Virus record (IMG/VR): IMGVR_UViG_3300027757_000006
Coordinates: 1 to 58,440 of that record
Length of the DNA: 58,440 nucleotides
DNA from: a virus
Lineage: Duplodnaviria; Caudoviricetes
Reading direction: 5' to 3' (one strand)
Position numbers and translations under genes: made by a program. Below are positions 47,349 through 55,963 of this stretch, piece by piece. Position 1 is the stretch's first letter, and each line of letters opens with the position of its first letter. The notes below the pieces were generated by a model, which did no database searches, was not told the origin of the DNA, and saw only the letters and a program-made list of their open reading frames with translations.

Positions 47349-48160
47349 ACTTCCTCTTGTTGGGCTTTTCTCAAAACTTCCATAATCCAGCGCCATCTAG
47401 ATTTAGAGTAAAAAGGTTTGGATTTGAACCATTCAAAAGCGTCCAAGACCAACTTGTCGGTGTTACATGCTTGACAAGCAGGTACAATGTTGCCCAGGTT
47501 GTGCTGACCTCCTTTACTAATAGGGACTACGTGTTCAACCTGTAAATTACCAATTACTCCGCAATATGCGCAACGATTATTAAACGCTTCCCAGTGACTC
47601 AAAAGCTGGGAGTCGCTTAAGAGTGAAGGTGTTCCGCCACGTTGAGCAACCTTGCGTCCTTTTGACTTAGCACGGTGGTACAACCGATAACCAGGTTCAG
47701 TCATATATCTAAAGTGATAACGTGCGAGATTCCGCGAACGCGCATAAGATTCACGTTCATCGGGATGATCGCGCCAATATTCTTGTTGTTGTTCAAGAAC
47801 AAGCATTGCTACAGACGGAATGCGGCCTGCTGACGCAATTGAACGACGCATGGCAGTAAAACCTTTGTCGAAGTAAGCGCGGTAAGGAAGCCCGTACTTA
47901 GATCGTGATGGTCTGCCGTGTATTGCTTTGTATTTTGCTTGATATGTATTTAGTTTTTCCCTGAGCTCTGGGTCTTCTCTTTTTTTTCTCTGCCTTTCCA
48001 CGGCGTCAATACGACTGCAAATGCAGCATTGGCTGTTTTTGACCCAGCGAAGAGTCATGCCATCGGTGTGGACGTGGTTGCGCTTGCAAATCTTGCCAAG
48101 ATAAAAGACCCCAGAGTCAAAGGGATGACCAACCTCAGGCAGTATGTACTTTTTAGACAT
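47345..48160 (-). CDS. HNH endonuclease
   Basis: CAYCG..EHVVPISKGG.H..NIVPACQACN; N-terminal CKRNH/CCIC. Confidence 0.9.
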   Translation of the reverse strand: MSKKYILPEVGHPFDSGVFYLGKICKRNHVHTDGMTLRWVKNSQCCICSRIDAVERQRKKREDPELREKLNTYQAKYKAIHGRPSRSKYGLPYRAYFDKGFTAMRRSIASAGRIPSVAMLVLEQQQEYWRDHPDERESYARSRNLARYHFRYMTEPGYRLYHRAKSKGRKVAQRGGTPSLLSDSQLLSHWEAFNNRCAYCGVIGNLQVEHVVPISKGGQHNLGNIVPACQACNTDKLVLDAFEWFKSKPFYSKSRWRWIMEVLRKAQQEEV

Positions 48161-48324
48161 AAAGCAGTAAAACTTGAATTACTTTTTACTTCCCGCAATC
48201 GTATCCCATTCGGACCTAAAACGCAACCCTCCTTCGATCTGTGTGTGCACGCTGTAGCGAATAACAGCGCATAGTTGCGCTACTCTCTAAACCTGCTCTA
48301 ATAGCAACGCCACTGTGGCGATTT

Positions 48325-50985
48325 ATGAAATCCCTTATCGACTGGTCAATCACAGAAGACTTCCTTGAGGCCATCGGTCGCAGTACCGGCCCCATAGTTT
48401 TCGCTGTTTATCCCTCGGATCCGTCACGGCCTTGTATCCATATCAAGGCCGACGCTGAGGATATACCGCGCAACAAAATCGAGCGGATCCTTGCCCGAAA
48501 TTCAGGCAGCAGCCTTGGCTTCGTCGTCAATCCACCCTCAGACCAGCCTGCCGTATGGGGCACCAAGCCGGAGCACATTAACCGCGCTGGTGAGATCAAA
48601 GCCTGGGGTGCATCCAACGCACACATTGCTCACGCAATCGCCTGCTTTGCAGAGTGCGACGGCAATCTCGACCGCGAAGCTCAAGCAGCATTGCCTGCAA
48701 TGGCGGGACTCCCAGAGCCAACGGTCTCAGTCTGGACTGGTGGCAAATCCTTGCACCACTACTGGCTTTTCACCCCAGGCCAAGAGCCTGACATCCAAGA
48801 TTTCTCCGACCTGCAACGCAGAATCGCAACCGCAATCGAGATCGTTGCGCCTGATTCCAAACCAGACAAAGCGATTTCCAACGGCAGCCGTGTCATGCGG
48901 CTACCGGGCGGGATCCATCCCAGTACTGGCGAACGCACAGTTATAGCTTCCACCACCACCGAGACATTCACCACAGACGAGATCGGTGCTGCTGCTCCAA
49001 CGATTTTTCAACGTGGCACCCGCCCAGCAGAACCGTCTCATCACTGGTTTTCTAAACTCCCACCCGCAGAGCAGCGATCACTGGCTGTTGAAATCCTCCG
49101 TGATTTCATCCCCCTTCGCACTGAAGCAGGCCAAGGCACATACCCCACCTGCTTCGCCTGCCTTGCGGCCCTAACCCACCATTTCGGACAGTCACTTGCA
49201 CAGGACATCGTTCTGGAAGCTGATTGGCAATCCCCCGGCACATGGGAGCCAGCCAAGAAGATCCTTTCAATCGGTGATGCACCAATCAGGGCGTCAATCA
49301 GCAGACTAATCAACACTGCAATAGCAAACGGCTGGGAATTACCCCAAAATGTTGATACCGAAGAGCCTAACGAAGCGCCAGAAGAACATCATGCAGTAAT
49401 ACCTTTTCAGTTCCTTGGTTATGAACATGGCAAGCATTACTACATGCCTAGAGCAAGCTCACAAGCAATTGAACTGACAATATCTTCACACACTAAACTG
49501 CACCTAATTTCACTAACTAGTTCCTTAGAGTTCTGGCAGCGCAACTTCACAGTCAATGACAAACTTGACTGGGATCTTGCTACAGAATGGTTGATGCAAG
49601 AATCACACAAGAAAGGTGTTTTTGATCCTGATCGTATTAGAGGCCGTGGTGCTTGGGTAGATGCTAATCGCGTTATCTTTCACCTTGGCATGAGAATGAT
49701 CATTGATAATCGTGAACAAAAAGTATCAGACGGAATATCGAGCTACTACTTCTATGAACACGCCAAACCCCTTGATGGGCCTAGTGAAGTCCCGTTGGAT
49801 GACGATGTTTCGGTTCAGCTTTTTAACCTTGCAAAATCTTTCTCCTGGGAGTCGCCTTCCTATGCGTTCCTGCTTGCTGGGTGGGTTGCTCTTGCTCCTA
49901 TCTGTGGCGCACTTGAGTGGCGCTCACATATCTGGGTCACCGGAGGCAAGGGCACGGGTAAGACAACAATCCTCAGCCGTTTCCTTAAGCCTTTGCTAGG
50001 CGGCATTTATCAATCAGCTACAGGTGGAACCACTGAACCCGGCCTTCGTGCTGCGCTTCGCTCTGACGCAATTCCTGTACTGTTTGATGAATTTGAGCAG
50101 AACGACTCCCGCGAAAAACAAAATCGCGACAACGTTCTGGCAATGGCAAGGATCGCATCATCGGAAGGCGGCAAAATCATCAAGGGCAGTGCTGGTGGCG
50201 GTGCAGCTAATCAGTATGAAATTCGCAGCATGTTCTGCGTTTCATCAATCAATGCTTCCCTAGTGCAAGGCGCTGATCGTGATCGATTCTGTGTCCTTAC
50301 CTTGCAGAAGGGCGAGGGGGACTGGCTCCCGCTTGAGGCACAGATCGCCAAGCTCTGTACTCCCGAAACAGGTCGCAGCCTGGTGGCACGAACACTGGCA
50401 CGGGTGCCGACTATTAGGGCCAATGCGCGGAAGTTTGCAGCTGCTCTAGCTGTGGAGCACGGCCAGCGTTTTGGTGATCAACATGGCACCCTCTTGGCAG
50501 GTGCATTCAGCCTGCTCCCAGACAGTGATCGTGAGCTGTCTGATACCGAGGCCGCTGATTTCTGTGGCGGCATCGACTGGACATCACAGCGCCGCGATGA
50601 ACGTGATGCTGATGAAGATCAATGTCTTGCGCGGATTCTTGAGTCAATGATCACTGTGGAGGGCGGCAGAAGGTTCACAATCATGAATCTTGTCGAGAGT
50701 CTTTGCGGTCCCAAAATGGGAACTATCGAAGGTTCGGATGAAACTTGCGAAAAAGTGTTAGGCAGATATGGAATCAGGCTTATGTCCGGCTCGATGATGA
50801 TTGCAAACTCAAATACGAATTTAGAACGACTTTTGGATGAAACGGCATGGTCTGGAGGGGCTCATAAGCAAGCACTGAAGCGGGTTTTCGGAGCTTCCGG
50901 CTCCCCAGGAATGGTGAGATTCTGCGGAAGTAAGTCATCTAGGGCTACAGTGATTCCACTGACGGCAATTATCGACACGGATTAG
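48325..50985 (+). CDS. Primase-helicase (RepB/AEP-type primase plus P-loop ATPase)
   Basis: FAECD, TGGKSLHHYW and SRVMRLPG primase motifs; GGKGTGKTT Walker A and FDEFE Walker B. Confidence 0.9.
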   Translation: MKSLIDWSITEDFLEAIGRSTGPIVFAVYPSDPSRPCIHIKADAEDIPRNKIERILARNSGSSLGFVVNPPSDQPAVWGTKPEHINRAGEIKAWGASNAHIAHAIACFAECDGNLDREAQAALPAMAGLPEPTVSVWTGGKSLHHYWLFTPGQEPDIQDFSDLQRRIATAIEIVAPDSKPDKAISNGSRVMRLPGGIHPSTGERTVIASTTTETFTTDEIGAAAPTIFQRGTRPAEPSHHWFSKLPPAEQRSLAVEILRDFIPLRTEAGQGTYPTCFACLAALTHHFGQSLAQDIVLEADWQSPGTWEPAKKILSIGDAPIRASISRLINTAIANGWELPQNVDTEEPNEAPEEHHAVIPFQFLGYEHGKHYYMPRASSQAIELTISSHTKLHLISLTSSLEFWQRNFTVNDKLDWDLATEWLMQESHKKGVFDPDRIRGRGAWVDANRVIFHLGMRMIIDNREQKVSDGISSYYFYEHAKPLDGPSEVPLDDDVSVQLFNLAKSFSWESPSYAFLLAGWVALAPICGALEWRSHIWVTGGKGTGKTTILSRFLKPLLGGIYQSATGGTTEPGLRAALRSDAIPVLFDEFEQNDSREKQNRDNVLAMARIASSEGGKIIKGSAGGGAANQYEIRSMFCVSSINASLVQGADRDRFCVLTLQKGEGDWLPLEAQIAKLCTPETGRSLVARTLARVPTIRANARKFAAALAVEHGQRFGDQHGTLLAGAFSLLPDSDRELSDTEAADFCGGIDWTSQRRDERDADEDQCLARILESMITVEGGRRFTIMNLVESLCGPKMGTIEGSDETCEKVLGRYGIRLMSGSMMIANSNTNLERLLDETAWSGGAHKQALKRVFGASGSPGMVRFCGSKSSRATVIPLTAIIDTD

Positions 50986-50992
50986 CCCAAAC

Positions 50993-51270
50993 CCCAGTCA
51001 TACCAACCTGTATCACTTTAGCGATACACCGATACACGACCGATACGCCGACATCCACTGCGGCGCAAGGGTTGTATCGATGTATCGCTTTTTTGTGCCC
51101 ACGAGTAAGTATGTGTGTGTAAGTAAGAGAGAGTAATATATATAATATATATTTATTGATACATTTATTATTATTGATACATCCCAGTCATACCAAGGGG
51201 TCTGCCCGTATCACCCCCCGATACGTTTGTATACGTTCACTGCGGCGCAAGGGATCTCGGCGATACGGTG
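50993..51270. other. Probable replication origin (iteron-like repeats around an AT-rich core)
   Basis: CCCAGTCATACCAA x2, CACTGCGGCGCAAGGG x2, ~11 GATAC/GTATC pentamers, AT-rich 51134-51180, right after the primase-helicase. Confidence 0.7.
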
Positions 51271-51302
51271 CCTAAAAACAGCCCTCCAGCTAGCCTTATC
51301 TC

Positions 51303-52058
51303 ATGCCAATCACCTTCGACGCTGAGGAAATAACCGGCAAGCTGGATGCCATCAGGCTCACCCAGTTGCCATTCGCTGCATCGAGAGCAGCTAACCAACT
51401 CGGCTGGGAGCTAAAGAACTCGGCATGGCCTGCTTTTGCCAGGAGAGCCTTCACCGCCTCAGGACCACCAGTCCCATTCACGACTGGCGGGAGTGGGGTT
51501 ACTGGCGGCTTGCTCTACAAGCACAATCGCGGAGACGCCAGGGTAGAGATAAGCCTTGATCGCCCTGCACCTAAAGGGCAAGACCCTGCTCGCTACCTAG
51601 CACCTACGGAATCAGGTGGCTCGATTTACATCACTCGCTTTTCGCGAGCTTTGGGCAACCAAGGCTACATGCCGTCAAATTTCAAATACGCAGCGCCTTT
51701 GAAAGGCAGCAACGGTTTTGCTGGGCAGATGAACGGCAAGGTCATCAAGCCTGGGTACTACCAATCAATTCTTGCTGGGCTGGCTAGAGGTTTGACTCCA
51801 ACAAAAACAGCATCAGGTAATCGGTCTAGGGCTAAGTTCACCGGCTACAGGTTTTTCTCCGTACCAGAAGCTCGCGGCAGCCTTAAGCCTGGTATTTACA
51901 GGGCAAAAGGCCGTGGCGAGCTGCAGCAGCTATTCAGCTACCTCGATCAGACGCCTTCGGTTCCCTCTTTATGGAGCTTTGAGGAGTTTGCAGAACGCGA
52001 ATCGTTACCCATACTGGAGCGCATACTCCCCCAGTTCATTGAGGAAGCCTTGAAGTGA
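51303..52058 (+). CDS. Minor tail/neck-like protein (gpZ/HK97 gp10-like), displaced from the tail cluster
   Basis: QLPFAASRAAN N-terminus and basic KPGIYR motif. Confidence 0.55.
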   Translation: MPITFDAEEITGKLDAIRLTQLPFAASRAANQLGWELKNSAWPAFARRAFTASGPPVPFTTGGSGVTGGLLYKHNRGDARVEISLDRPAPKGQDPARYLAPTESGGSIYITRFSRALGNQGYMPSNFKYAAPLKGSNGFAGQMNGKVIKPGYYQSILAGLARGLTPTKTASGNRSRAKFTGYRFFSVPEARGSLKPGIYRAKGRGELQQLFSYLDQTPSVPSLWSFEEFAERESLPILERILPQFIEEALK

Positions 52059-52237
52059 TCGAGCCGTGCCAGCAGAGCGAGTTTTTTATGGAGCGGCTCA
52101 GGAGGCAGTCACAGGGGATGAGCCGCGAAGAGTTGCTGGTCGTGGTCGATACGTTGAGCCGGTTGTACTGCACCACAAAGGCTGGAGCTAACTGGTTAGC
52201 CAAAGAAGCCGCCAAGAATTTGTCAGCAGGTTGTTGA
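52055..52237 (+). CDS. nblA: NblA-like phycobilisome degradation adaptor (putative)
   Basis: 60 aa; QSEFFMERLRRQSQGMSREELL resembles NblA EQQF.IR.F..QV..MS..Q; by-eye alignment only. Confidence 0.5.
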   Translation: MIEPCQQSEFFMERLRRQSQGMSREELLVVVDTLSRLYCTTKAGANWLAKEAAKNLSAGC

Positions 52238-52261
52238 CACGCTGCGCTTAAGAGCTATATT
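52234..52261 (+). promoter_or_regulatory. Sigma70-type promoter TTGACA-N16-TATATT
   Basis: Consensus -35 and near-consensus -10 upstream of the ligase-domain gene. Confidence 0.65.
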
Positions 52262-52288
52262 GCCGTTGCAAACAAAAATGCGTTTTAG

Positions 52289-53038
52289 ATGCCTTCAATT
52301 GCTACTCTCAGACAACAGGTCAAGCAAGCAGATGACGCTTTCAGGCGCGGGAACGCGCTGATGAGCGACCAGGACTTTGACAAACTTGTTGCGGATCTCA
52401 AAGCGGTTGCGCCGTTCGCTCCTGAGGTAATGCTCCCCGGAGGCGGGTCTCATCTTTTGAGCCTAAACAATGGCGACAGAGAGGAGCTAGACCACTGGCT
52501 CTCCACGTGCGGCGCTCAGGAGCCCCTGTGCGTTTCCGAAAAGGTTGACGGGTGTGCAATTGCCATTCGCTACGTTTTAGGCCGCTTAGAGGCCGCCTGG
52601 ACGCGATCCGGTGCTGACGCTACTGCTTTGGTTGCTCGTGTTGCTCCAAAAAAACTTTCGCAGCCTCTCTCTATTGAAGTTCGCGGCGAGTTGTACGACT
52701 CGGTGACTGGCAAGCAAAGCGTTCCTGCTCAAGCCTTGCGTAAGGCAAATCACACTGGCGACGGACTAGGTTTTATCGCTTACACGCTTGTGGATGCTGA
52801 TGGGGATGAGTTCTTGACGCTTGAGCGTTTAGCTGCTCTTGGACTCGACACCGTGTCAGCCGTTTGCTGCACTACCGTCGCTGACGTGATCGTTTGTCAT
52901 CGCCAGTGGAAAGCTGGTTGTTTTGGTCGGTCAGAGCTGCCCACAGATGGCATCGTGATCAGGATTGCTGACCACGCAGCGCAGCAAGCTCTGGGCTGTA
53001 ACAGCAAGGCTCCCAATTATGCTTTCGCTATGAAGTGA
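52289..53038 (+). CDS. Stand-alone adenylation domain of NAD+-dependent DNA ligase
   Basis: MSDQDFD (domain Ia), LLSL, EKVDG (KxDG), EVRGE, TDGIVI and APNYAFAMK (motif V), then stop; no OB/HhH/BRCT. Confidence 0.88.
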   Translation: MPSIATLRQQVKQADDAFRRGNALMSDQDFDKLVADLKAVAPFAPEVMLPGGGSHLLSLNNGDREELDHWLSTCGAQEPLCVSEKVDGCAIAIRYVLGRLEAAWTRSGADATALVARVAPKKLSQPLSIEVRGELYDSVTGKQSVPAQALRKANHTGDGLGFIAYTLVDADGDEFLTLERLAALGLDTVSAVCCTTVADVIVCHRQWKAGCFGRSELPTDGIVIRIADHAAQQALGCNSKAPNYAFAMK

Positions 53039-53295
53039 TGAGCTTGGCTATGCACTGGTACACCCGGTTTTGGGAGCGATTCGCAATCGGGATCCTTGTT
53101 AGATCCAGCAACATCTCGATGCTTGCCTTCAAGGACAAAGACCTGGATCAGGTGATCATGGCTGGCTCAAGGGACGATCCTGCCGCCATGGCATTCATAG
53201 AGGCCAACACCCCGGACGATGAGAGCTACACAGACCCAGACTCAATGATGCTGGAACGCTTATTTCATGCCCCAGATGGGGAAAAACCCAACTAA
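53035..53295 (+). CDS. Hypothetical protein
   Basis: GTGA-coupled ORF; MLERLFHAPD C-terminal motif. Confidence 0.65.
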   Translation: MMSLAMHWYTRFWERFAIGILVRSSNISMLAFKDKDLDQVIMAGSRDDPAAMAFIEANTPDDESYTDPDSMMLERLFHAPDGEKPN

Positions 53296-53300
53296 AAAAC

Positions 53301-53498
53301 ATGCAAACAGTTCACCTCAAAAAATCCAATGCCTTCGCAATTTTCATCGAAAACCCTGGCGGAAGCTGGTTTGAAATCTCAGGACAAGGGCGAGTTGCAC
53401 TCACCCCAGGAAGATATTTGGAGTCAGTTGAAGCTGAAAAGCAAATTCAACGGCTTCGCTCGCTGGGTTACAGGCGACAGCCCTCCAGTGATTCGTGA
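53301..53498 (+). CDS. Hypothetical protein
   Basis: 65-aa ORF within the operon. Confidence 0.6.
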   Translation: MQTVHLKKSNAFAIFIENPGGSWFEISGQGRVALTPGRYLESVEAEKQIQRLRSLGYRRQPSSDS

Positions 53499-53602
53499 GA
53501 TTGCTGGCACGATCAGCTGCATGACAGTTGTCACCTATGTCTCTGGCTATTCGTTCGGGACTTGGTTTCACAAAACTAAAAATCAACTAATCAACAAAAT
53601 CA

Positions 53603-54127
53603 ATGACAAGATTAATCGGCCTTTATAGCAATGCACCGGGCTCCGGGAAGAGCACTGTTGCGTGGATGTGCGGAGGTCTTACGCTTTCGTTTGCAGATCC
53701 GTTGCGCAACTTTGTTTCTCACACTCTGTCGAGGCTTGGCCACGATGGGATGTCTTTGGTAAAGAGCAGCAAGGAGCAGAGGGTTTCTGGGCTAGGCGTG
53801 ACGCCTCGTCAGATGATGCAAACGCTCGGCACCGAGTGGGGCAGGGCTTGCGTCCATCCCGATTTTTGGGTGATGATTGCTGAGGCTGACGCTCGGTCGT
53901 GGATGGGGCAGGTTGATGTTGCGTTTGACGATGTGCGGTTTCCAAATGAAGCTGAGATGATCCGCAAGCTTGGTGGCGAGTTATGGCTTGTGGACCGGCC
54001 TGGTGTTGTCTACGAGGGTGACCATGAGAGCGAGGGTGCTCTGCATGACATCGTGCCTGACGCAGTGGTTCATAACAGCGGAAGCCTGGGGCACCTCCGG
54101 GAAGTAGTCACTGGCCTACTCGAATGA
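53603..54127 (+). CDS. Deoxynucleoside monophosphate kinase
   Basis: GSGKSTVA P-loop, FADPLR, TPRQMMQTLGTEWGR, DDVRFPNE and HESE motifs. Confidence 0.92.
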   Translation: MTRLIGLYSNAPGSGKSTVAWMCGGLTLSFADPLRNFVSHTLSRLGHDGMSLVKSSKEQRVSGLGVTPRQMMQTLGTEWGRACVHPDFWVMIAEADARSWMGQVDVAFDDVRFPNEAEMIRKLGGELWLVDRPGVVYEGDHESEGALHDIVPDAVVHNSGSLGHLREVVTGLLE

Positions 54128-54198
54128 CCATTACTATTAATTTTCTTGTATCTGGCTTTTGCTTATGGCTTGCTTTAGTCGTATTATTCCTTTTCTAA
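54124..54198 (+). CDS. 24-aa hydrophobic membrane peptide (not in ORF track)
   Basis: MTITINFLVSGFCLWLALVVLFLF; ATGA overlap with the kinase stop. Confidence 0.5.
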   Translation: MTITINFLVSGFCLWLALVVLFLF

Positions 54199-54444
54199 TT
54201 GTCACCCTTTTTATTTCTACTACTCTTCATGAACATGCCTTTATTTTTCCTGCTAGCACTGGTCACGGGACCACCTATCCAGCGAGTCGGTGAGACATGT
54301 CCGCTGGGGTACTGGCGAAACGGTGGATATTGTGTCGTTTCGCCTGGAGCCGTTGAGGCTCGAGATACGCTGCCAAACCCGGCCCTTGATACCTGCCCTG
54401 TTGGTTGGCATCGGGCTAAGGGATATTGCCTGAGGACTCGCTAG
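54199..54444 (+). CDS. Secreted Cys-repeat protein
   Basis: Signal-like N-terminus and two CP.G(Y/W)..xGYC repeats; true start probably 54229 or 54235. Confidence 0.7.
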   Translation: MSPFLFLLLFMNMPLFFLLALVTGPPIQRVGETCPLGYWRNGGYCVVSPGAVEARDTLPNPALDTCPVGWHRAKGYCLRTR

Positions 54445-54453
54445 ATTCCAGTT

Positions 54454-54621
54454 ATGACAGGATTCAAGTCAGAAGCTGCTGCTGCAGCACATGAGCAGTA
54501 CATGCGTACCGTTTATCTCGATGTTTTGTATGAGCTAGACAAGCGCGACGACCCTGACCATGAGTTCAGGGGGTGCTACACGGGCCTGTTCCAGAAGTAT
54601 GGAGGAGAATATGACCGTTGA
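54454..54621 (+). CDS. Hypothetical protein (55 aa, not in ORF track)
   Basis: ...LDVLYELDKRDDPDHEFRGCYTGLFQKY; resembles a small cyanophage family. Confidence 0.65.
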   Translation: MTGFKSEAAAAAHEQYMRTVYLDVLYELDKRDDPDHEFRGCYTGLFQKYGGEYDR

Positions 54622-54826
54622 AATAGCCAACACTGAAGACGGGCTTGGGTTGAACGTGAGGGTCTGCGAGGATTCGATTTGCCTTGTCGGCTTCTGTAGT
54701 TCGATGCACCTCATTGAAAAGAAGGCCAATGAGCTGCGAGCTGCTATCAGGAAAAAAGCGGCTGAAACTTTTGCTGAGATCCAAGACCTGGAAGCCGAGG
54801 CAATGGGAGCACCTGGGCCGCGATGA
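54611..54826 (+). CDS. Hypothetical protein
   Basis: GGAGG SD before ATG 54611; CSSMHLIEKKANELR motif. Confidence 0.65.
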   Translation: MTVEIANTEDGLGLNVRVCEDSICLVGFCSSMHLIEKKANELRAAIRKKAAETFAEIQDLEAEAMGAPGPR

Positions 54827-55050
54827 GCGTACAGACCGAGCAGCAACGTCTCGAAATGCCTGCTCATCCTCTGCCTGTATTGGAGCGTAATCAAGACGTA
54901 AGAATTTTCATGGGTGCAGGTTGGGCTAAAGGCAAGGTCATTCGTTCGGATTTAGACGGTTGCACGGTTCGGCTGCCTCAACTCCAGAAAACCGTCCGCG
55001 TTCGCGATGCTCGCAACATCCTCCTGCTTCCGTCGATGCAGGATTGCTAG
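54823..55050 (+). CDS. SH3-like small protein
   Basis: VRIFMGAGWAKGKVI...VRVRDARNI; ATGA-coupled. Confidence 0.65.
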   Translation: MSVQTEQQRLEMPAHPLPVLERNQDVRIFMGAGWAKGKVIRSDLDGCTVRLPQLQKTVRVRDARNILLLPSMQDC

Positions 55051-55080
55051 TCAAAATGCGTTTAATGGTGTATGATTGAT

Positions 55081-55113
55081 TCGTCGGCGGGTTTCGTCGG
55101 CGATTTTTTTTTT
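55081..55113 (+). terminator. Rho-independent terminator
   Basis: TCGTCGGCG-GGTTT-CGTCGGCGA stem (with G-U pairs) followed by a long T-run. Confidence 0.65.
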
Positions 55114-55119
55114 TAATCC

Positions 55120-55542
55120 ATGACTAAATTCATTCCAGTAAATGCAGCCCTCAAGGCGCTATCAGCAGAAGGCCATGAGGTAAGCAAGAGAGGCCGACTA
55201 AACGGTGGTGTTGCGCAGCTAGGCAATCCTTCGTATTTCATTGACGGAAAGCCCTGCAGCTTAAGTGAAGTACGCAGAATGGTCTCTGAACTTGGGCTTG
55301 AGAAGGAAGTCAAAAAATCTCATCAAAAGCCCAGGAGAGAGATCGAAGTTATCTCTGAAGCTGTTTCTCAAAACGAATGGTGTAAGTCCAGAAACACCAA
55401 GCTTTCTACTTTTGGCGAAAGGCATTTTGATGGTCGCGTTTACTATTCACTATCTCAAGACAGTCGCGACGGTTCTCGCAAAGGTTATTTTATGACAATT
55501 CAAAGAATCAGGCTTTGGGCTGAACGCAACAAGGTTATTTAG
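55120..55542 (+). CDS. Hypothetical basic protein
   Basis: 140-aa ATG ORF; no recognised family. Confidence 0.6.
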   Translation: MTKFIPVNAALKALSAEGHEVSKRGRLNGGVAQLGNPSYFIDGKPCSLSEVRRMVSELGLEKEVKKSHQKPRREIEVISEAVSQNEWCKSRNTKLSTFGERHFDGRVYYSLSQDSRDGSRKGYFMTIQRIRLWAERNKVI

Positions 55543-55547
55543 CGGAT

Positions 55548-55632
55548 GACTTGCAAGCCTCCGGTTTTTACCGTGGGACTTGCACACACCCGGTTTTTAG
55601 GGGGCATGGGACTTGCAAGGGGTCGGTTTTCT
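55548..55632. repeat. Three copies of GACTTGCA-N5-6-YCGGTTTT
   Basis: At 55548, 55577 and 55610. Confidence 0.75.
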
Positions 55633-55963
55633 TTATGTTTTCACACACACAAAAATACATACGGTTATAGGCAGGTTTATGGCGTGGTGAGCAGTATAAA
55701 AAATATTTCCTGAGCTATTCGCGCAAATTCAAAAAAATATTGTTATTGCGAATTAATTGCAATAAGAAAGTAGGGCACTAAATATCATAATCCTAACTCG
55801 ACGCGAGTTAGCATCAGATAGCGATACCTTACTTTAGATTTAGCAATCACTATTCTAAACATTGCTAAACGCATTGTTTAAGCAAACTCAAAAAGTAGGT
55901 GTTAGCGACCCTGTGAGTTTGTTATTAATAGTGTTGTTTTAGTTCCAGTAAAATAGGGCGAGC

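Noticed and set aside
519-50423. Numerous 60-150 aa antisense or nested ORFs in the track (e.g. 5558-5935, 11541-11984, 20754-21188, 48491-48946)
   Set aside because: They are shadow frames of well-supported genes, with no motifs or ribosome binding sites
52289-53038. ligA pseudogene
   Set aside because: Catalytic motifs are intact, the stop falls at the domain boundary, no downstream remnant is visible and the next gene is coupled
52275-55063. AAAATGCGTTT repeated at 52275 and 55053 near promoters
   Set aside because: Only two copies of an AT-rich 11-mer, in different positions relative to the -10 box; not enough to call an operator
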